DNA from: an uncultured Verrucomicrobiae bacterium
GTDB lineage: Bacteria; Verrucomicrobiota; Verrucomicrobiia; Chthoniobacterales; JAFAMB01
Direction: 5' to 3'
NCBI GenBank assembly: GCA_963813025.1
Contig: CAWEXO010000016.1
Span: forward strand, 43,082-107,081
Length of the DNA: 64,000 nt
Position 1 is the stretch's first letter. The number at the start of each line of letters is the position of its first letter. The notes beneath the pieces were generated by a model, which ran no database searches, was not told where the DNA came from, and was given only the letters and a program-made list of their open reading frames with translations. Both the position numbers and the translations under genes were made by a program. This document shows positions 1-9,857 of the stretch, in pieces.

Positions 1-269
1 CAAACCGCCTTCTTCTCTGCGTGTCCTAGGTCCGTGATATCCGCTGTTTTGCGAAGAGTCAGGTTCGTGCCAGATGAATTCGAGTAATAGTAGAACCCCC
101 GCCACCAAACCACCCACGGGTCAGGCCCGGTCTGCAGCAGTGGGTTAGTAAAAGTATCGCCCGGGGCTGCCGAGGCACTCTGGGGCGTAAGAGTCACTTG
201 GGCTACGCTGTCCGACGCTGCCCACGTCAGTACCGAGGTGGCAACGGTCACAATTATTGGCGTCCTCAT
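1..269 (-). CDS. GH43 glycoside hydrolase (arabinofuranosidase/xylosidase-like), 5' part; runs off the window
   Basis: Not in the ORF track. Manual translation from ATG 269: MRTPIIVTVATSVLTWAASDSVAQ...FTNPLLQTGPDPWVVWWRGFYYYSNSSGTNLTLRKT; signal-peptide-like start plus the GH43 NP..GxDPW...YY motif. Confidence 0.8.
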   Translation of the reverse strand, partial: MRTPIIVTVATSVLTWAASDSVAQVTLTPQSASAAPGDTFTNPLLQTGPDPWVVWWRGFYYYSNSSGTNLTLRKTADITDLGHAEKKAV

Positions 270-540
270 CAGTGTTAAGATACGTCCCCTTGACAGGGAT
301 CCTTATTCCAAAATGCTGGTTTTTCAGCAGGATCAACCTTCGACATTCAATGCTCCCGCCTCATCTGAACTGCCAAGCAAGGCAAGCGCAAGCGAGAAGG
401 GATCGCAATCCATGACGCTTTTCTGGCCGCCTCCCGAAATCCTCGCCACCTTTCTTTTTGGTTTCCAAATGTTTCCTGATAGCCTATCGGTAGGGCGGAG
501 CGTAGGCTGACGCACGCTTGACCCCGGGAGATAATAATCG

Positions 541-1110
541 ATGCCACAGCGAATTGACCGGTGCCGCACAGGAATGCTTTTGCTCTGTTGCGCCTGGAAC
601 TTGGGCGCAGCTCACGCCGATGATCTGACCACAGCCTCGGGCAACACGTTCCACAATATCGAAGTGCTCAGCCGCACTACGACAGCGCTTCTGATCCGGA
701 GTAACGAGGGCGAGGCGCAGGTTCCCTTGAGCGACCTCAAGGAAGCGGACCGCAAGAAGTATGAGAAAAACCTGATTCACACGATTGATATGCCGGCGAT
801 CACGGTCATCGGCGAAAGAAAACCGGATTTCAGTGCGGAGCCGGAGCAGACAAAAGCTTTTACCGCTTTCGAAAAAGACATCCGCCGTCAGGATCTTGAG
901 CGCGAGCAAGCGGCCAAGGACAAGGCGGAGCACCCAACCTACAAGCCGTTCCAGATTACACGGAGCATCAGCATCTCTTTGAGCAACACGTCGCTAAAAG
1001 ATGATCGAGCGACCACACCGGACTACCTCAATCCTTCCTACGAAAGGCTTTCTCCGGACATCGTGGAAAAAGACCTGAAGGTTTACAAGATGTCGCTTTC
1101 CAACCAGTAA
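541..1110 (+). CDS. hypothetical secreted protein
   Basis: 189-aa ORF with signal-peptide-like N-terminus (LLLCCAWNLGAAHA); no family recognised. Confidence 0.65.
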   Translation: MPQRIDRCRTGMLLLCCAWNLGAAHADDLTTASGNTFHNIEVLSRTTTALLIRSNEGEAQVPLSDLKEADRKKYEKNLIHTIDMPAITVIGERKPDFSAEPEQTKAFTAFEKDIRRQDLEREQAAKDKAEHPTYKPFQITRSISISLSNTSLKDDRATTPDYLNPSYERLSPDIVEKDLKVYKMSLSNQ

Positions 1111-1159
1111 ACAGGCTTTTTTTTAAAATACGGCTTTTCTCCTCGCTCCACGCGCCATC

Positions 1160-1708
1160 TTGGGACTGCTCTGGATCGGCTGGGCCATCTACTGGATTAT
1201 CTCGGCCAGCACTAGCGCGCCGACATGCGAAAACGCGGCACGAACGACCGAGATTCTCCACCGAATTCCTCTGATGCTCGGAATCTTGGCGTTCGCGATC
1301 GGCGGAGTTCCCGCGAGGCCCAGAGCCGTCGCTGCGGTGGCTAGCTACAACGGGCGCAACATCGTCGGACTGCTTCTGCTGGCTGGCGGGCTTGCCTTCG
1401 CGATTTGGGCGCGATGCCACCTCGGAAAACTCTGGAGTGCGCGGATTACTTTGAAGACGGATCACCGAGTGATTCAGACGGGGCCGTACGCGATTGTTCG
1501 CCATCCGATTTACAGCGGCTTGATCCTCGCTTTGCTGGGAACGGCCATCATGCTGAACTCGTGGTCGACTTATCTGGGCTTTGCCCTCATCTGTTTGTCT
1601 TTGGTGTGGAAACTCGCTCTGGAAGAACGCTGGCTCATCATTCATCTGGGCGACGCTTATCGGGAGTATCGGCGGCAGGTGAAAGCTCTGATTCCCTTTG
1701 TCTTGTGA
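1160..1708 (+). CDS. isoprenylcysteine carboxyl methyltransferase (ICMT/Ste14) family membrane protein
   Basis: LG..WS...H.VIQTGPYAIVRHPIY.G and EERWL...GDAY.EY motifs; TTG start uncertain. Confidence 0.85.
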   Translation: MGLLWIGWAIYWIISASTSAPTCENAARTTEILHRIPLMLGILAFAIGGVPARPRAVAAVASYNGRNIVGLLLLAGGLAFAIWARCHLGKLWSARITLKTDHRVIQTGPYAIVRHPIYSGLILALLGTAIMLNSWSTYLGFALICLSLVWKLALEERWLIIHLGDAYREYRRQVKALIPFVL

Positions 1709-1732
1709 TCTGCCTCGGCCAATCATCTTATA

Positions 1733-2752
1733 ATGAGAGCAATCCTGGCGGGCTGTGGCTCGATGAGCAGAGAGTGGATTCGATGTGCAGAGAAACTCGG
1801 GGTCGAACTCGTCGCGTTCGTTGATATTCATCGCCTGGCGGCGGAAGAATGCGCGGCCGCCGTTGGGTTGAAACCGAGGATTTACACCGATCTGGGCGCG
1901 GCCCTGCAAGATTCGCAGGCTGAGATGCTCTTCGATTGCACAGTTCCCGTGGCGCACTACGACGTTTGCACCCAAGCTCTGGAGGCTGGTTTAGCAGTAC
2001 TGGAAGAGAAACCGCTGGCCTTAAACATCAAGGAAGGGACCAGCCTGGTTCACCTCGCGGCAGCGAAAAACTCTTTACACGCCGTAATGCAGAACCGCCG
2101 CTTCAATCGTGGCGTCCGGCTTCTCCGGCAGGAAATAACGGCGGGCACAATTGGAGAGGTGACCGAGGTGCATGCCGACTTTTTCATCGGCCCACATTTT
2201 GGCGGTTTTCGGGAGGATATGCTTCATGTACTGCTGGCTGACATGGCGATCCACACATTTGATGCCGCCCGGTTCCTTATCGGCTCGAATCCGGCCAGTG
2301 TCTATTGTGAGGAATGGAACCCGGCAAACTCCTGGTATCGCCACGGCGCTTCCGCTCTCGCTCTTTTCAACATGGCAAACGGTGTCCGCTTCTCGTATCG
2401 AGGCAGCTGGTGCGCGGACGGGTTCGCGACTGCGTGGGACGCAAGTTGGCGAGTGATCGGTGTACGGGGCACCTTGCTTTGGGACGGGCAGAACGATGTC
2501 CGTGCCGCCGTCATTCGATCGACCGGAAAATTCCTGAATGATGCGGAAATAGTCAAACCGGCGCACGAGCCTGCTCCGGAAGTAACTGCCGGCCATGAGA
2601 GTGTCATGCTGCAATTCATCAAGGCGGTAAAAGGCGGTCCGGCGCCGGAGACCGTGAGTTCCGATAATATTTACTCTTTGGCGATGGTCGTTGCGGCTAT
2701 CGAAAGCGCGCAGCAGGGCCAGAAAGTGAGCGTTCAAACGGGGGACAGTTAG
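1733..2752 (+). CDS. Gfo/Idh/MocA family oxidoreductase
   Basis: N-terminal GCGSM Rossmann motif, EKPLA, QNRRF, DMAIHTFD. Confidence 0.9.
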   Translation: MRAILAGCGSMSREWIRCAEKLGVELVAFVDIHRLAAEECAAAVGLKPRIYTDLGAALQDSQAEMLFDCTVPVAHYDVCTQALEAGLAVLEEKPLALNIKEGTSLVHLAAAKNSLHAVMQNRRFNRGVRLLRQEITAGTIGEVTEVHADFFIGPHFGGFREDMLHVLLADMAIHTFDAARFLIGSNPASVYCEEWNPANSWYRHGASALALFNMANGVRFSYRGSWCADGFATAWDASWRVIGVRGTLLWDGQNDVRAAVIRSTGKFLNDAEIVKPAHEPAPEVTAGHESVMLQFIKAVKGGPAPETVSSDNIYSLAMVVAAIESAQQGQKVSVQTGDS

Positions 2753-2767
2753 TGCCGGTGCTAGTGC

Positions 2768-3895
2768 TAGTACTTAGTTGCTTTAGTTCTTTATATTTAT
2801 GAAAAATTATGATTTGTTGGATGGATGGCAACGGGTTGCATCAAACTTTCTGTGGAAAACCGCAAGCTCTTGGAGGGTTGGAGTCGAGCGCAACGGGTCG
2901 AACACCGGCTCAAGGTCAGGAGTCAGATTATCTTGAAGGCGGCAGCGGGCTTGAGTGGACGTGCGATTGCCAAGAGCCTGCGCATTCCCGAGGTGACGGT
3001 GAGTAAATGGCGGCGGCGCTTTGTGCGCCAAGGCCTGGCTGGCTTGGAAGACGCGCCACGCAGTGGAAAGCCGGCCAAGTATGATCAAATGACGGTCAAG
3101 CGGGTCTTGGCGCTGCTGGATGAAGATCCACCGGCGGGCTACGGGCGCTGGAATGGGCGACTGCTGGCGCAGAGTCTGGCCGATGTTTCCTCCGATCAAG
3201 TCTGGCGCATTTTGCGCCAACAAGGCATTGAATTGGAACGGCGCCGCAGCTGGTGCATTTCCACCGATCCGGAGTTTGTGCGCAAGGCCGCTGACATTGT
3301 CGGTCTTTATCTCAATCCGCCCCAGAATGCGCTCATCTTGGCCATTGATGAAAAACCAGCCATTCAAGCCCTGGAAAGAGCCCAAGGTTGGATTCGCTTG
3401 CCCAATGGCAGGGCGCTGACGGGTTTTAGCCACGAGTACAAGCGCCATGGCACCTCCACTCTCTTTGCCGCCCTCAACATTGCCAGCGGCCAAGTGCAGG
3501 CTGGTCATTACCGGCGCCAGCGCCGACGGGAATTCCTGGAGTTTATGAACCAGGTAGTTGCCGGAAATCTCGACAAAGAAATTCATGTGGTCTTAGACAA
3601 CCTTGCGACCCATAAGCCAAAGCAAGATCGCTGGTTGAAGGCTCACCCCAATGTGCATTTTCATTTCACTCCAACCCACGCTTCTTGGCTCAACCAGATT
3701 GAGATCTGGTTTAGTATCTTGAGCCGCCAAGCCCTCCAGGGGGCAAACTTCACCAGCGTGGCAGAGCTGCGCAACGCCATCGACACCTTCATCAAGAACT
3801 ACAATAACAATGCGGCTCCCTTCGAATGGACCAAATCCCAGGTACATCAGGGGAAAGTCGCCATACATATAACTAACTTACGCAATTAGGCACTA
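2768..3895 (+). mobile_element. IS630-family insertion sequence, complete
   Basis: Imperfect ~29-bp terminal inverted repeats (TAGTACTTAGTTGCTTTAGTTCTTTATAT vs reverse complement of right end TAGTGCCTAATTGCGTAAGTTAGTTATAT); TA within CTAG at both ends. Confidence 0.9.
2825..3889 (+). CDS. IS630 family transposase
   Basis: HTH region (KWRRRF..QGLAGLEDAPRSGKP), DDE triad AIDEK / VLDN / WLNQIE, YKRHGT motif. Confidence 0.95.
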   Translation: MATGCIKLSVENRKLLEGWSRAQRVEHRLKVRSQIILKAAAGLSGRAIAKSLRIPEVTVSKWRRRFVRQGLAGLEDAPRSGKPAKYDQMTVKRVLALLDEDPPAGYGRWNGRLLAQSLADVSSDQVWRILRQQGIELERRRSWCISTDPEFVRKAADIVGLYLNPPQNALILAIDEKPAIQALERAQGWIRLPNGRALTGFSHEYKRHGTSTLFAALNIASGQVQAGHYRRQRRREFLEFMNQVVAGNLDKEIHVVLDNLATHKPKQDRWLKAHPNVHFHFTPTHASWLNQIEIWFSILSRQALQGANFTSVAELRNAIDTFIKNYNNNAAPFEWTKSQVHQGKVAIHITNLRN

Positions 3896-3942
3896 GTGTC
3901 AGTGCTAGTGCTAGTTAGGATAGGCGGTGCTTCGGCGATTTT

Positions 3943-4013
3943 TCACAAAAGCCGTTTCGCGCAAAAACCGGCTCAGTACTTCGTTGAAACCGTGGGCGGC
4001 GTCAATGTTCCCA
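3943..4013 (-). pseudogene. diverged duplicate of the 3' end of the adjacent alpha/beta hydrolase gene
   Basis: 3953-3988 is identical to 4154-4189 (36 bp); the adjoining part encodes GNIDAAHGF vs GNVEAAHAF in the intact gene. Confidence 0.8.
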
Positions 4014-4026
4014 AAGAGCACTCCGG

Positions 4027-4050
4027 GTAGCGCGGACGGCCTCGTCCGTA
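4027..4050 (+). repeat. GTAG-type REP hairpin (family A)
   Basis: GTAG-CGCGGACG-GCCT-CGTCCGTA; related to the copies at 38612-38967. Confidence 0.65.
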
Positions 4051-4144
4051 CTCCCGCTGATGACCAGTGGCTAATCGCCGATGACCTTATGACACGGGTA
4101 ACGCGGAACTTGTCGCGCTGTAGTGCCGCGAAGCAGGCACGAAG

Positions 4145-4948
4145 TCACAAAAGCGTTTCGCGCAAAAACCGGCTCAGTACTTCGTTGAAGGCATGGGCCG
4201 CCTCAACATTACCCAGATGAGCTGCTTCCGGAATAGGAGAGAGTTTTGCTCCCGGAATCCTGCTTTGCATTTGGGCCGACACTTCCGGAGGAAAGCCCTG
4301 GTCGCGAGTGCCAGGAAGCAGAAGTACGGGAACCCTGATCTGATCCAGATGATCGAGTGTGTCGAGCGATTGAAGAGCCCGGCTGCAACTGATAAATCCC
4401 TCAACCGAGGTGGAACGAATCATGCCGCCGATCCAATCCATGATCTGCCGATTTCCCGCCTGGAACGCCGGCGTAAACCAGCGCTGGAGGGTCGCATCGA
4501 CAAGTGGCCCCATGCCAAGCCGTCGCGCGGTTTCGATCCGCTGTTCAATAGTTTCCTTTGCCTCCACGCGAGTACGAGCGCCGGTACTGCACAGTACCAG
4601 CGCGCTGGTGCGCTGCGGATACTCCAGGGCGAACACTTGTCCGACCATTCCGCCAATCGACAAACCAACGAAAGCGACCTCGTCGACTCCGAGGTGATCG
4701 AGCAACGAAACGACGTCGCCAGCCAATTCGGAAAGAGTGCAGCGGTCGTTGAGAGCTTCGCTCTCTCCGTGACCGCGCAAATCGTAAATCAGAACCCGAA
4801 AATATTCCTCAAGCAAAGGAAGCTGATAACCCCAGACCTCCAGCCGAGTGGCCAAAGCGTGGCTCAGGAGGATGTTCGGGGCCTCTTCCCGGCCGATGAT
4901 CGCATACGCCATTGCCCGTCCGTGATTCGAAAAAAACTGCCGATCCAT
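4145..4948 (-). CDS. alpha/beta hydrolase, 3-oxoadipate enol-lactonase (PcaD)-like
   Basis: YDLRGHGES, nucleophile elbow GLSIGG, catalytic D (GTRD) and H (AAHLGN). Confidence 0.85.
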   Translation of the reverse strand: MDRQFFSNHGRAMAYAIIGREEAPNILLSHALATRLEVWGYQLPLLEEYFRVLIYDLRGHGESEALNDRCTLSELAGDVVSLLDHLGVDEVAFVGLSIGGMVGQVFALEYPQRTSALVLCSTGARTRVEAKETIEQRIETARRLGMGPLVDATLQRWFTPAFQAGNRQIMDWIGGMIRSTSVEGFISCSRALQSLDTLDHLDQIRVPVLLLPGTRDQGFPPEVSAQMQSRIPGAKLSPIPEAAHLGNVEAAHAFNEVLSRFLRETLL

Positions 4949-4963
4949 TGGGGTGCAGCCTCG

Positions 4964-6103
4964 TTAAGCGTCTCTGACGTCATTCTGCCCACTCACCAGC
5001 TGTCTTGCGGCCGTCTCGCAGTAAACCGGATCGCCACCTCTTGGTCGGAGATAAAACTCGCTGATAATGATTTTCGTGAGTGCCGCTGCCGGCACTACGA
5101 GAATGACGCCGATCAGTCCGAACAGGGTGGTCATCGATACAACAAAAAACATAATGGTCACTGGATGCAGGTTCATTTGTTTGCCCATGACAAACGGGAT
5201 CAGAACGTTGGATTCGACCTGTTGGATAAAGAGGATTGCGGCGAGGGCTAACCCAAATTTCTCCAGACCCAAGCTGGCGGCCACGAATAAAGCGGGTATT
5301 GCGGCAATCACCGCGCCGACGATGGGGAGAAGCTCGCCAAAAAAGGCGAATACGCCGAAGGCAAAGGCAGGTTGCACGCCGACCAGTGCCAGGAGAACGC
5401 CGGTGGAGATCCCGGTCACCAGACCCATGATCAACGTGCCGCGCGCCCAGGCGCTCATCTGGTGCATCATCCGGGCCAGGGTGCGCCGAGCCGGTTCTCT
5501 GGCTTCAATTGGAACCAGTTCGAGAGCAGCTGCCACTACCGGAACCGGGTCGCCCAAAGTAAAAACGAGCAACAAAAAAAAGAGCAGCAGATCGATCAGG
5601 CCGCCGAACGCACCGAGCGTTGAACGAACGACGAATTGGGCAGCGCCGCCGGCGTGTGCCCCGGCGGCGCTCAGCAGCTCGTTCGACTGCGTGTTGAGAT
5701 AATCTTGCAACGCAGGATTGATCTGTAGCCAACCTCTCACCTGGCTGTAGATTTGGGCGCCATAGTCCGGGGCGCGCTGAACCAGTTGTTGGATTTGGTC
5801 GAGGAACCGAGGCAACAACAGCGCGACGATCAGCCCGACGATGATGAGGATGACCAGGCCCAGCAACAGGAGCCCCAGCGAACGGTTCACGCGGCGTCTT
5901 TCCAGCATCGCGACAACCGGGTTGAAGACCATCGCCACGATAAAAACAACCGCAAAAAGAAGGAGCTGCCGCCGGAGGGTATAGGTCGCGATTGCTCCCA
6001 AGACGACGACAATGGCCAGGATTAGCCATCGGCGCAGATCATGGTAGGTAAGGCCTCCCGTCCTCTTTTCTTGTTTTTCAACAGATTCTTTCTCGATCAA
6101 CAT
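4964..6103 (-). CDS. AI-2E (PerM/UPF0118) family transporter
   Basis: Multi-TM protein with ELLPIVG, IQQVESNVLIP.VMG, LHPV motifs; start placed at ATG 6103. Confidence 0.9.
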   Translation of the reverse strand: MLIEKESVEKQEKRTGGLTYHDLRRWLILAIVVVLGAIATYTLRRQLLLFAVVFIVAMVFNPVVAMLERRRVNRSLGLLLLGLVILIIVGLIVALLLPRFLDQIQQLVQRAPDYGAQIYSQVRGWLQINPALQDYLNTQSNELLSAAGAHAGGAAQFVVRSTLGAFGGLIDLLLFFLLLVFTLGDPVPVVAAALELVPIEAREPARRTLARMMHQMSAWARGTLIMGLVTGISTGVLLALVGVQPAFAFGVFAFFGELLPIVGAVIAAIPALFVAASLGLEKFGLALAAILFIQQVESNVLIPFVMGKQMNLHPVTIMFFVVSMTTLFGLIGVILVVPAAALTKIIISEFYLRPRGGDPVYCETAARQLVSGQNDVRDA

Positions 6104-6140
6104 GGAATTTTCTTTGAGTTTTGCCCGGCCTGTAGTGTGG

Positions 6141-6277
6141 AAACCACCGATTTCACCGATTTGCACAGATTTTCAAAGAACGGGATTCCTGGAACGGGAA
6201 TAGAGCCGAATGTGCGACCAATGCGTCGATAAGTGATTTAGAACTTGATCTGTGCAAATCTATGAAATCGGTAGTTT
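6141..6277. repeat. inverted-repeat (MITE-like) element with arms of short (C)ACCGATTT/CACAGATT units
   Basis: Arms 6141-6170 and 6248-6277 are 27/30 complementary; related element at 35480-35603. Confidence 0.8.
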
Positions 6278-6303
6278 TAATCTTTTGCTGAAATCTGCGT
6301 GGG

Positions 6304-6999
6304 ATGAAAGCCATTGTTTTCGACACGTTCGGCACATTGGTTGACTGGCGAGCAAGCATTATTCGCCAGCTGGCAGAATTCGGTCGTAACCGCGGGGTGT
6401 CGGCGGACTGGGCCGGACTGGCCGACAAGTGGCGTCGGGCGTATGAACCGTCCCTTGAGTCGGTCCGGAGCGGCGCTCGGCCATGGGTAGTGCTGGACGA
6501 GTTGCATCGGGAGTCGCTGACCCGGCTCAACGAAGAAATGGGTCTCGGTCTCACCCAGAATGATCTTACTGATTTAACCTTCGTCTGGTATCGGCTTGAC
6601 CCGTGGCCCGACGTTGTTCCCGGACTTAACCGGCTGCATCGCGACTACATCCTGGGGCCGCTTTCCAATGGCGGATACGCCATGTTAGTGAACCTCGCGC
6701 GGTTTGCCGCGCTGCCTTGGGACGCCGTTCTTTCGGTCGAATTGTTTGAGCACTATAAACCGGATCCGGCAGTTTATCTGGGAGCCTGTCGCCTCCTGCG
6801 TTTGCCGCCGGAAGAGGTCATGCTCGTGGCCGCGCATAACTACGATCTGCGCGCCGCACAAAACTTAGGGCTAAAGACCGCTTTTGTCCCGCGCCCGACC
6901 GAGTACGGCTCGAGCCAGGACAAAGATCTTGCGCCAGACGGCGATTGGGATTTTGTGGCGCGGGACTTGATGGATTTGGCGGTCCGGCTTGGGGCGTGA
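6304..6999 (+). CDS. haloacid dehalogenase type II (HAD superfamily)
   Basis: FDTFGTLVDW motif I, LSNG, YKPDP, VAAHNYDL. Confidence 0.92.
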   Translation: MKAIVFDTFGTLVDWRASIIRQLAEFGRNRGVSADWAGLADKWRRAYEPSLESVRSGARPWVVLDELHRESLTRLNEEMGLGLTQNDLTDLTFVWYRLDPWPDVVPGLNRLHRDYILGPLSNGGYAMLVNLARFAALPWDAVLSVELFEHYKPDPAVYLGACRLLRLPPEEVMLVAAHNYDLRAAQNLGLKTAFVPRPTEYGSSQDKDLAPDGDWDFVARDLMDLAVRLGA

Positions 7000-7002
7000 A
7001 AG

Positions 7003-7157
7003 CTCGCCTTTGGAGTGCGTGCGACTTGTCGCCGCTTTGGGTCCGCGCGGAGCGCGACCGCCAACAAAGCGAATCTTTTCGGCAGAGTCTGCACGTCGTG
7101 GTTCCGTTCGCGAGCGAGGCCGCGCTCTGCGCAGGTCGCACGCACTCCAAAGGCGAG
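7003..7157. repeat. REP/MITE-like inverted element (family B: TTGGAGTGCGTGCGACTTGTCGCCGCTTT)
   Basis: Arms 7003-7028 and 7132-7157 are 25/26 complementary; homologues at 19851-20045 and 31560-31605. Confidence 0.85.
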
Positions 7158-7243
7158 ACAGGACTGTCTGCGCAGTTTCGGTTCCTTTGGGTTGTCGCGG
7201 TGCGCTGCAACATCGGACCCGTGACTCGCGACTCGGGACTCCT

Positions 7244-8002
7244 TCATTTGTCCAGACGTACTACCAGAACTGGTAAACGCGTGGCCAATACTTCCCCGTC
7301 GGTGGAATACTCGATTGCCAAAGCAGCGCGCGTCTCCAGGCTGGCGTCGCCGGCATGGGCTCGCAATTCGGCCTTCCGCTCCGGCGAACAATTCGCTTGC
7401 CTCGTCCACCAGTCGAACTCCAGCCGGTAATGAACGATCTCCGCGCTGCTCCAACGGAATCCAGCGCTCTCGGCCAGTCGTTGCCACTCCTCCGGTGTCC
7501 GCTGGTCGTAGTGGGACGGGTCGCGGATTTGCTCCCAACGATTGATCCAGTCTTTTGATTCAGCCGTGGGAGAGATCTGATCCGCCACAACCATTCTGCC
7601 GCCAGCTTTCAGCACTCGCCGGCTCTCCTCGAGAAAGCGTTCGAGGCGGTGGAAATGATGCGGAGCATGGCGCGATGTTACCAGGGTGAAGCTTTGATCG
7701 GAAAATGGCAAAGCATCCGCCGCTGCCCTGTGAAACATGACGTTCTGGACCGCCCGTTCCGCGCTGAGTTTGCGCGCCTCCGCCAACATGCCATCGGCGA
7801 TATCGATGCCAACGACCGACTGCACCAACGGCGCCAGGGCGAGGGCGGTATGGCCTGTCCCGGTGGCGATATCGAGCACGATGTCGTTGGTCATGGGTTT
7901 CGTCAACCCCACAAGCGCATCGAGGCTGGGACCTTCCCGATGGACCGGGCTCGCCGCGTAATTCGCGGCGATCGGGTTGAATTGTTCCGCACTGTTCTTC
8001 AT
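7244..8002 (-). CDS. class I SAM-dependent methyltransferase
   Basis: VLDIATGTG motif I, LPFSDQSF, RHAPHHF, RVLKAGG, RDPSH. Confidence 0.9.
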   Translation of the reverse strand: MKNSAEQFNPIAANYAASPVHREGPSLDALVGLTKPMTNDIVLDIATGTGHTALALAPLVQSVVGIDIADGMLAEARKLSAERAVQNVMFHRAAADALPFSDQSFTLVTSRHAPHHFHRLERFLEESRRVLKAGGRMVVADQISPTAESKDWINRWEQIRDPSHYDQRTPEEWQRLAESAGFRWSSAEIVHYRLEFDWWTRQANCSPERKAELRAHAGDASLETRAALAIEYSTDGEVLATRLPVLVVRLDK

Positions 8003-8267
8003 GCGTGTGTTTTTTCTCCGAGGATCTCCGTCAGGCTGGTGCTGAACGCCTTCTCAAAAATTGCACTCGGACGATTTGAGGACAAGGGTAGACGCTGGAT
8101 TTCGGGCGGTGAGCCAAGAGGTGCGAGCATGGCGCACCTGACGAATGAGCGGTTCTTTGTGGCTATCTCGCCTCTCGCGGCGACAATACAAGCTTTAAAG
8201 GACTGACCTCCGACACGTCCTGGCTCGCCTGTCTTGCAGGCGGCTGGACCTGCCCTTAGGTTAGTCG

Positions 8268-9857
8268 ATGCCCGAAAACCCATTTCCGTCCCCGGAGGAA
8301 CTCCAGAAAAAGATCCAGGAGTTCATGAAAACGAATTTTGGGGACAAAGTCTCGGTGGCGACCTTTACCCAACCGGCGGCGACCGATGAACCCCCCGAAG
8401 AGCCCCGAGAAACGTTTGACCCCTTTGAGTTCAATCTCACGCCCAAAAAAATCAAGGCGTACCTAGACCGGTTCGTGATTCGGCAGGACGAAGCGAAGAG
8501 GACCCTGGCCATCGCGGTCTGCGATCACTACAACCACGTGAACTTTGTCCGGCGTCTGGCAAAGGAAAAACCAGAAAACGCCGAGGCGATTGAATACAGC
8601 AAAGCCAATGTGCTTCTGCTCGGACCCACGGGAGTTGGCAAGACCTACCTGGTGAAACACATTGCGGAACTGATTGGGGTTCCGTTTGTCAAGGCAGATG
8701 CCACCAAGTTCAGTGAGACTGGCTACGTCGGAGGTGACGTCGAGGATTTGGTGCGAGATCTCCTGCAGCGCGCCGACGGTAATCCTGACGTTGCGCAATA
8801 CGGCATCATCTACGTCGACGAGATTGATAAGATTGCCGCGAGCACAAATCTGGCCGGACGAGACGTCAGCGGTCGCGGGGTGCAAACCACCTTGTTGAAG
8901 TTGATGGAGGAAACCGAAGTGCCGTTGCGCAACCCGATGGATATTCAATCGCAGATCCAGTCCGCGATGGAGTTCCAGCGCAAGGGTAAGGTGAAGAAAG
9001 AGACTATTAATACCCGCCATATTCTTTTCATCTGCAGTGGCGCTTTTGACCGGCTGAAGGAACAGGTCAGCCGCCGTCTGCGACAATCCAGCTTCGGCTT
9101 TCAACCGCACGCGACGCCAGTTGAGGGTCCGGCCGTGCTCGCTGCCGCCACAACCCGCGATTTCATCGAGTACGGGTTCGAGCCGGAATTTATCGGGCGG
9201 CTACCGGTACGGGTCGTCTGCGAAGAACTCACGGCTGAAGATTTCTTTGCCATTTTGAAGACATCTGAGGGGAGCATCATTCGCCAATACACTCGCGCTT
9301 TTGAGGCATTCGGAATCGACATTGAGTTTTCCGATGAGGCGCTCCGGGAAATCGCGCACTTGGCGGAATACGAGAGAACCGGCGCGCGCGGCCTGTTGAC
9401 CGTGTGCGACCGGGTACTCCGTGACTTTAAGTTTGAGTTGCCGGGCTCGGGCGTGCGCCAATTGCATGTCGGAATCGACCTCGTCCGAGACGCAGCAGGC
9501 ACTCTGGCCCGCGTCCTCGACTCTGCCAGAGCCGAGGCGCAGTCCAACAGAGCGGAAATGGTGCGCCAGTTTGCCGAGGTTTTTTCGCAAAAGCATGGCG
9601 TCAAATTTGAGATCGAGGAACCGGCAATTGACGCGATTGTGCGCCGAGCAACGGACCAGCAGCGTGAGGTGGTAGATTACTGCACCGAACTCTTCAAGGA
9701 TTACCCTTACGGACTCAAGCTGCTCCGAGATCGTAGTGCGGATCTGTCTTTTCATTTTCCAGTCAGTGCCCTGGAGGATCCCGATAAATTCCTGAGCGAA
9801 AGGGTGGTCGAATTTTATCGTCAGGAGGGAGGGGCCGGCCGCAGCCGGTCCGAATAA
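8268..9857 (+). CDS. ClpX-like AAA+ ATPase lacking the N-terminal zinc-binding domain
   Basis: Walker A GPTGVGKT, DATKFSETGYVGGDVE pore loop, Walker B IIYVDEIDKI, RDVSGRGVQ, PEFIGRLP, TGARGL. Confidence 0.85.
   Translation: MPENPFPSPEELQKKIQEFMKTNFGDKVSVATFTQPAATDEPPEEPRETFDPFEFNLTPKKIKAYLDRFVIRQDEAKRTLAIAVCDHYNHVNFVRRLAKEKPENAEAIEYSKANVLLLGPTGVGKTYLVKHIAELIGVPFVKADATKFSETGYVGGDVEDLVRDLLQRADGNPDVAQYGIIYVDEIDKIAASTNLAGRDVSGRGVQTTLLKLMEETEVPLRNPMDIQSQIQSAMEFQRKGKVKKETINTRHILFICSGAFDRLKEQVSRRLRQSSFGFQPHATPVEGPAVLAAATTRDFIEYGFEPEFIGRLPVRVVCEELTAEDFFAILKTSEGSIIRQYTRAFEAFGIDIEFSDEALREIAHLAEYERTGARGLLTVCDRVLRDFKFELPGSGVRQLHVGIDLVRDAAGTLARVLDSARAEAQSNRAEMVRQFAEVFSQKHGVKFEIEEPAIDAIVRRATDQQREVVDYCTELFKDYPYGLKLLRDRSADLSFHFPVSALEDPDKFLSERVVEFYRQEGGAGRSRSE

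Noticed and set aside
3943..4215. Diversity-generating retroelement TR/VR pair
   Set aside because: Differences are not adenine-specific, are mostly synonymous or conservative, and no reverse transcriptase is present.
1028..5251. Long antisense ORFs (e.g. 1028-1975, 2807-3586, 4193-5251)
   Set aside because: They are shadow ORFs opposite well-supported genes in GC-rich DNA and have no recognisable motifs.
4964..6103. AI-2 quorum-sensing circuit (AI-2E exporter plus Lsr-like importer)
   Set aside because: The family names are not substrate-specific, the genes are 50 kb apart, and luxS and lsrK are absent from the window.
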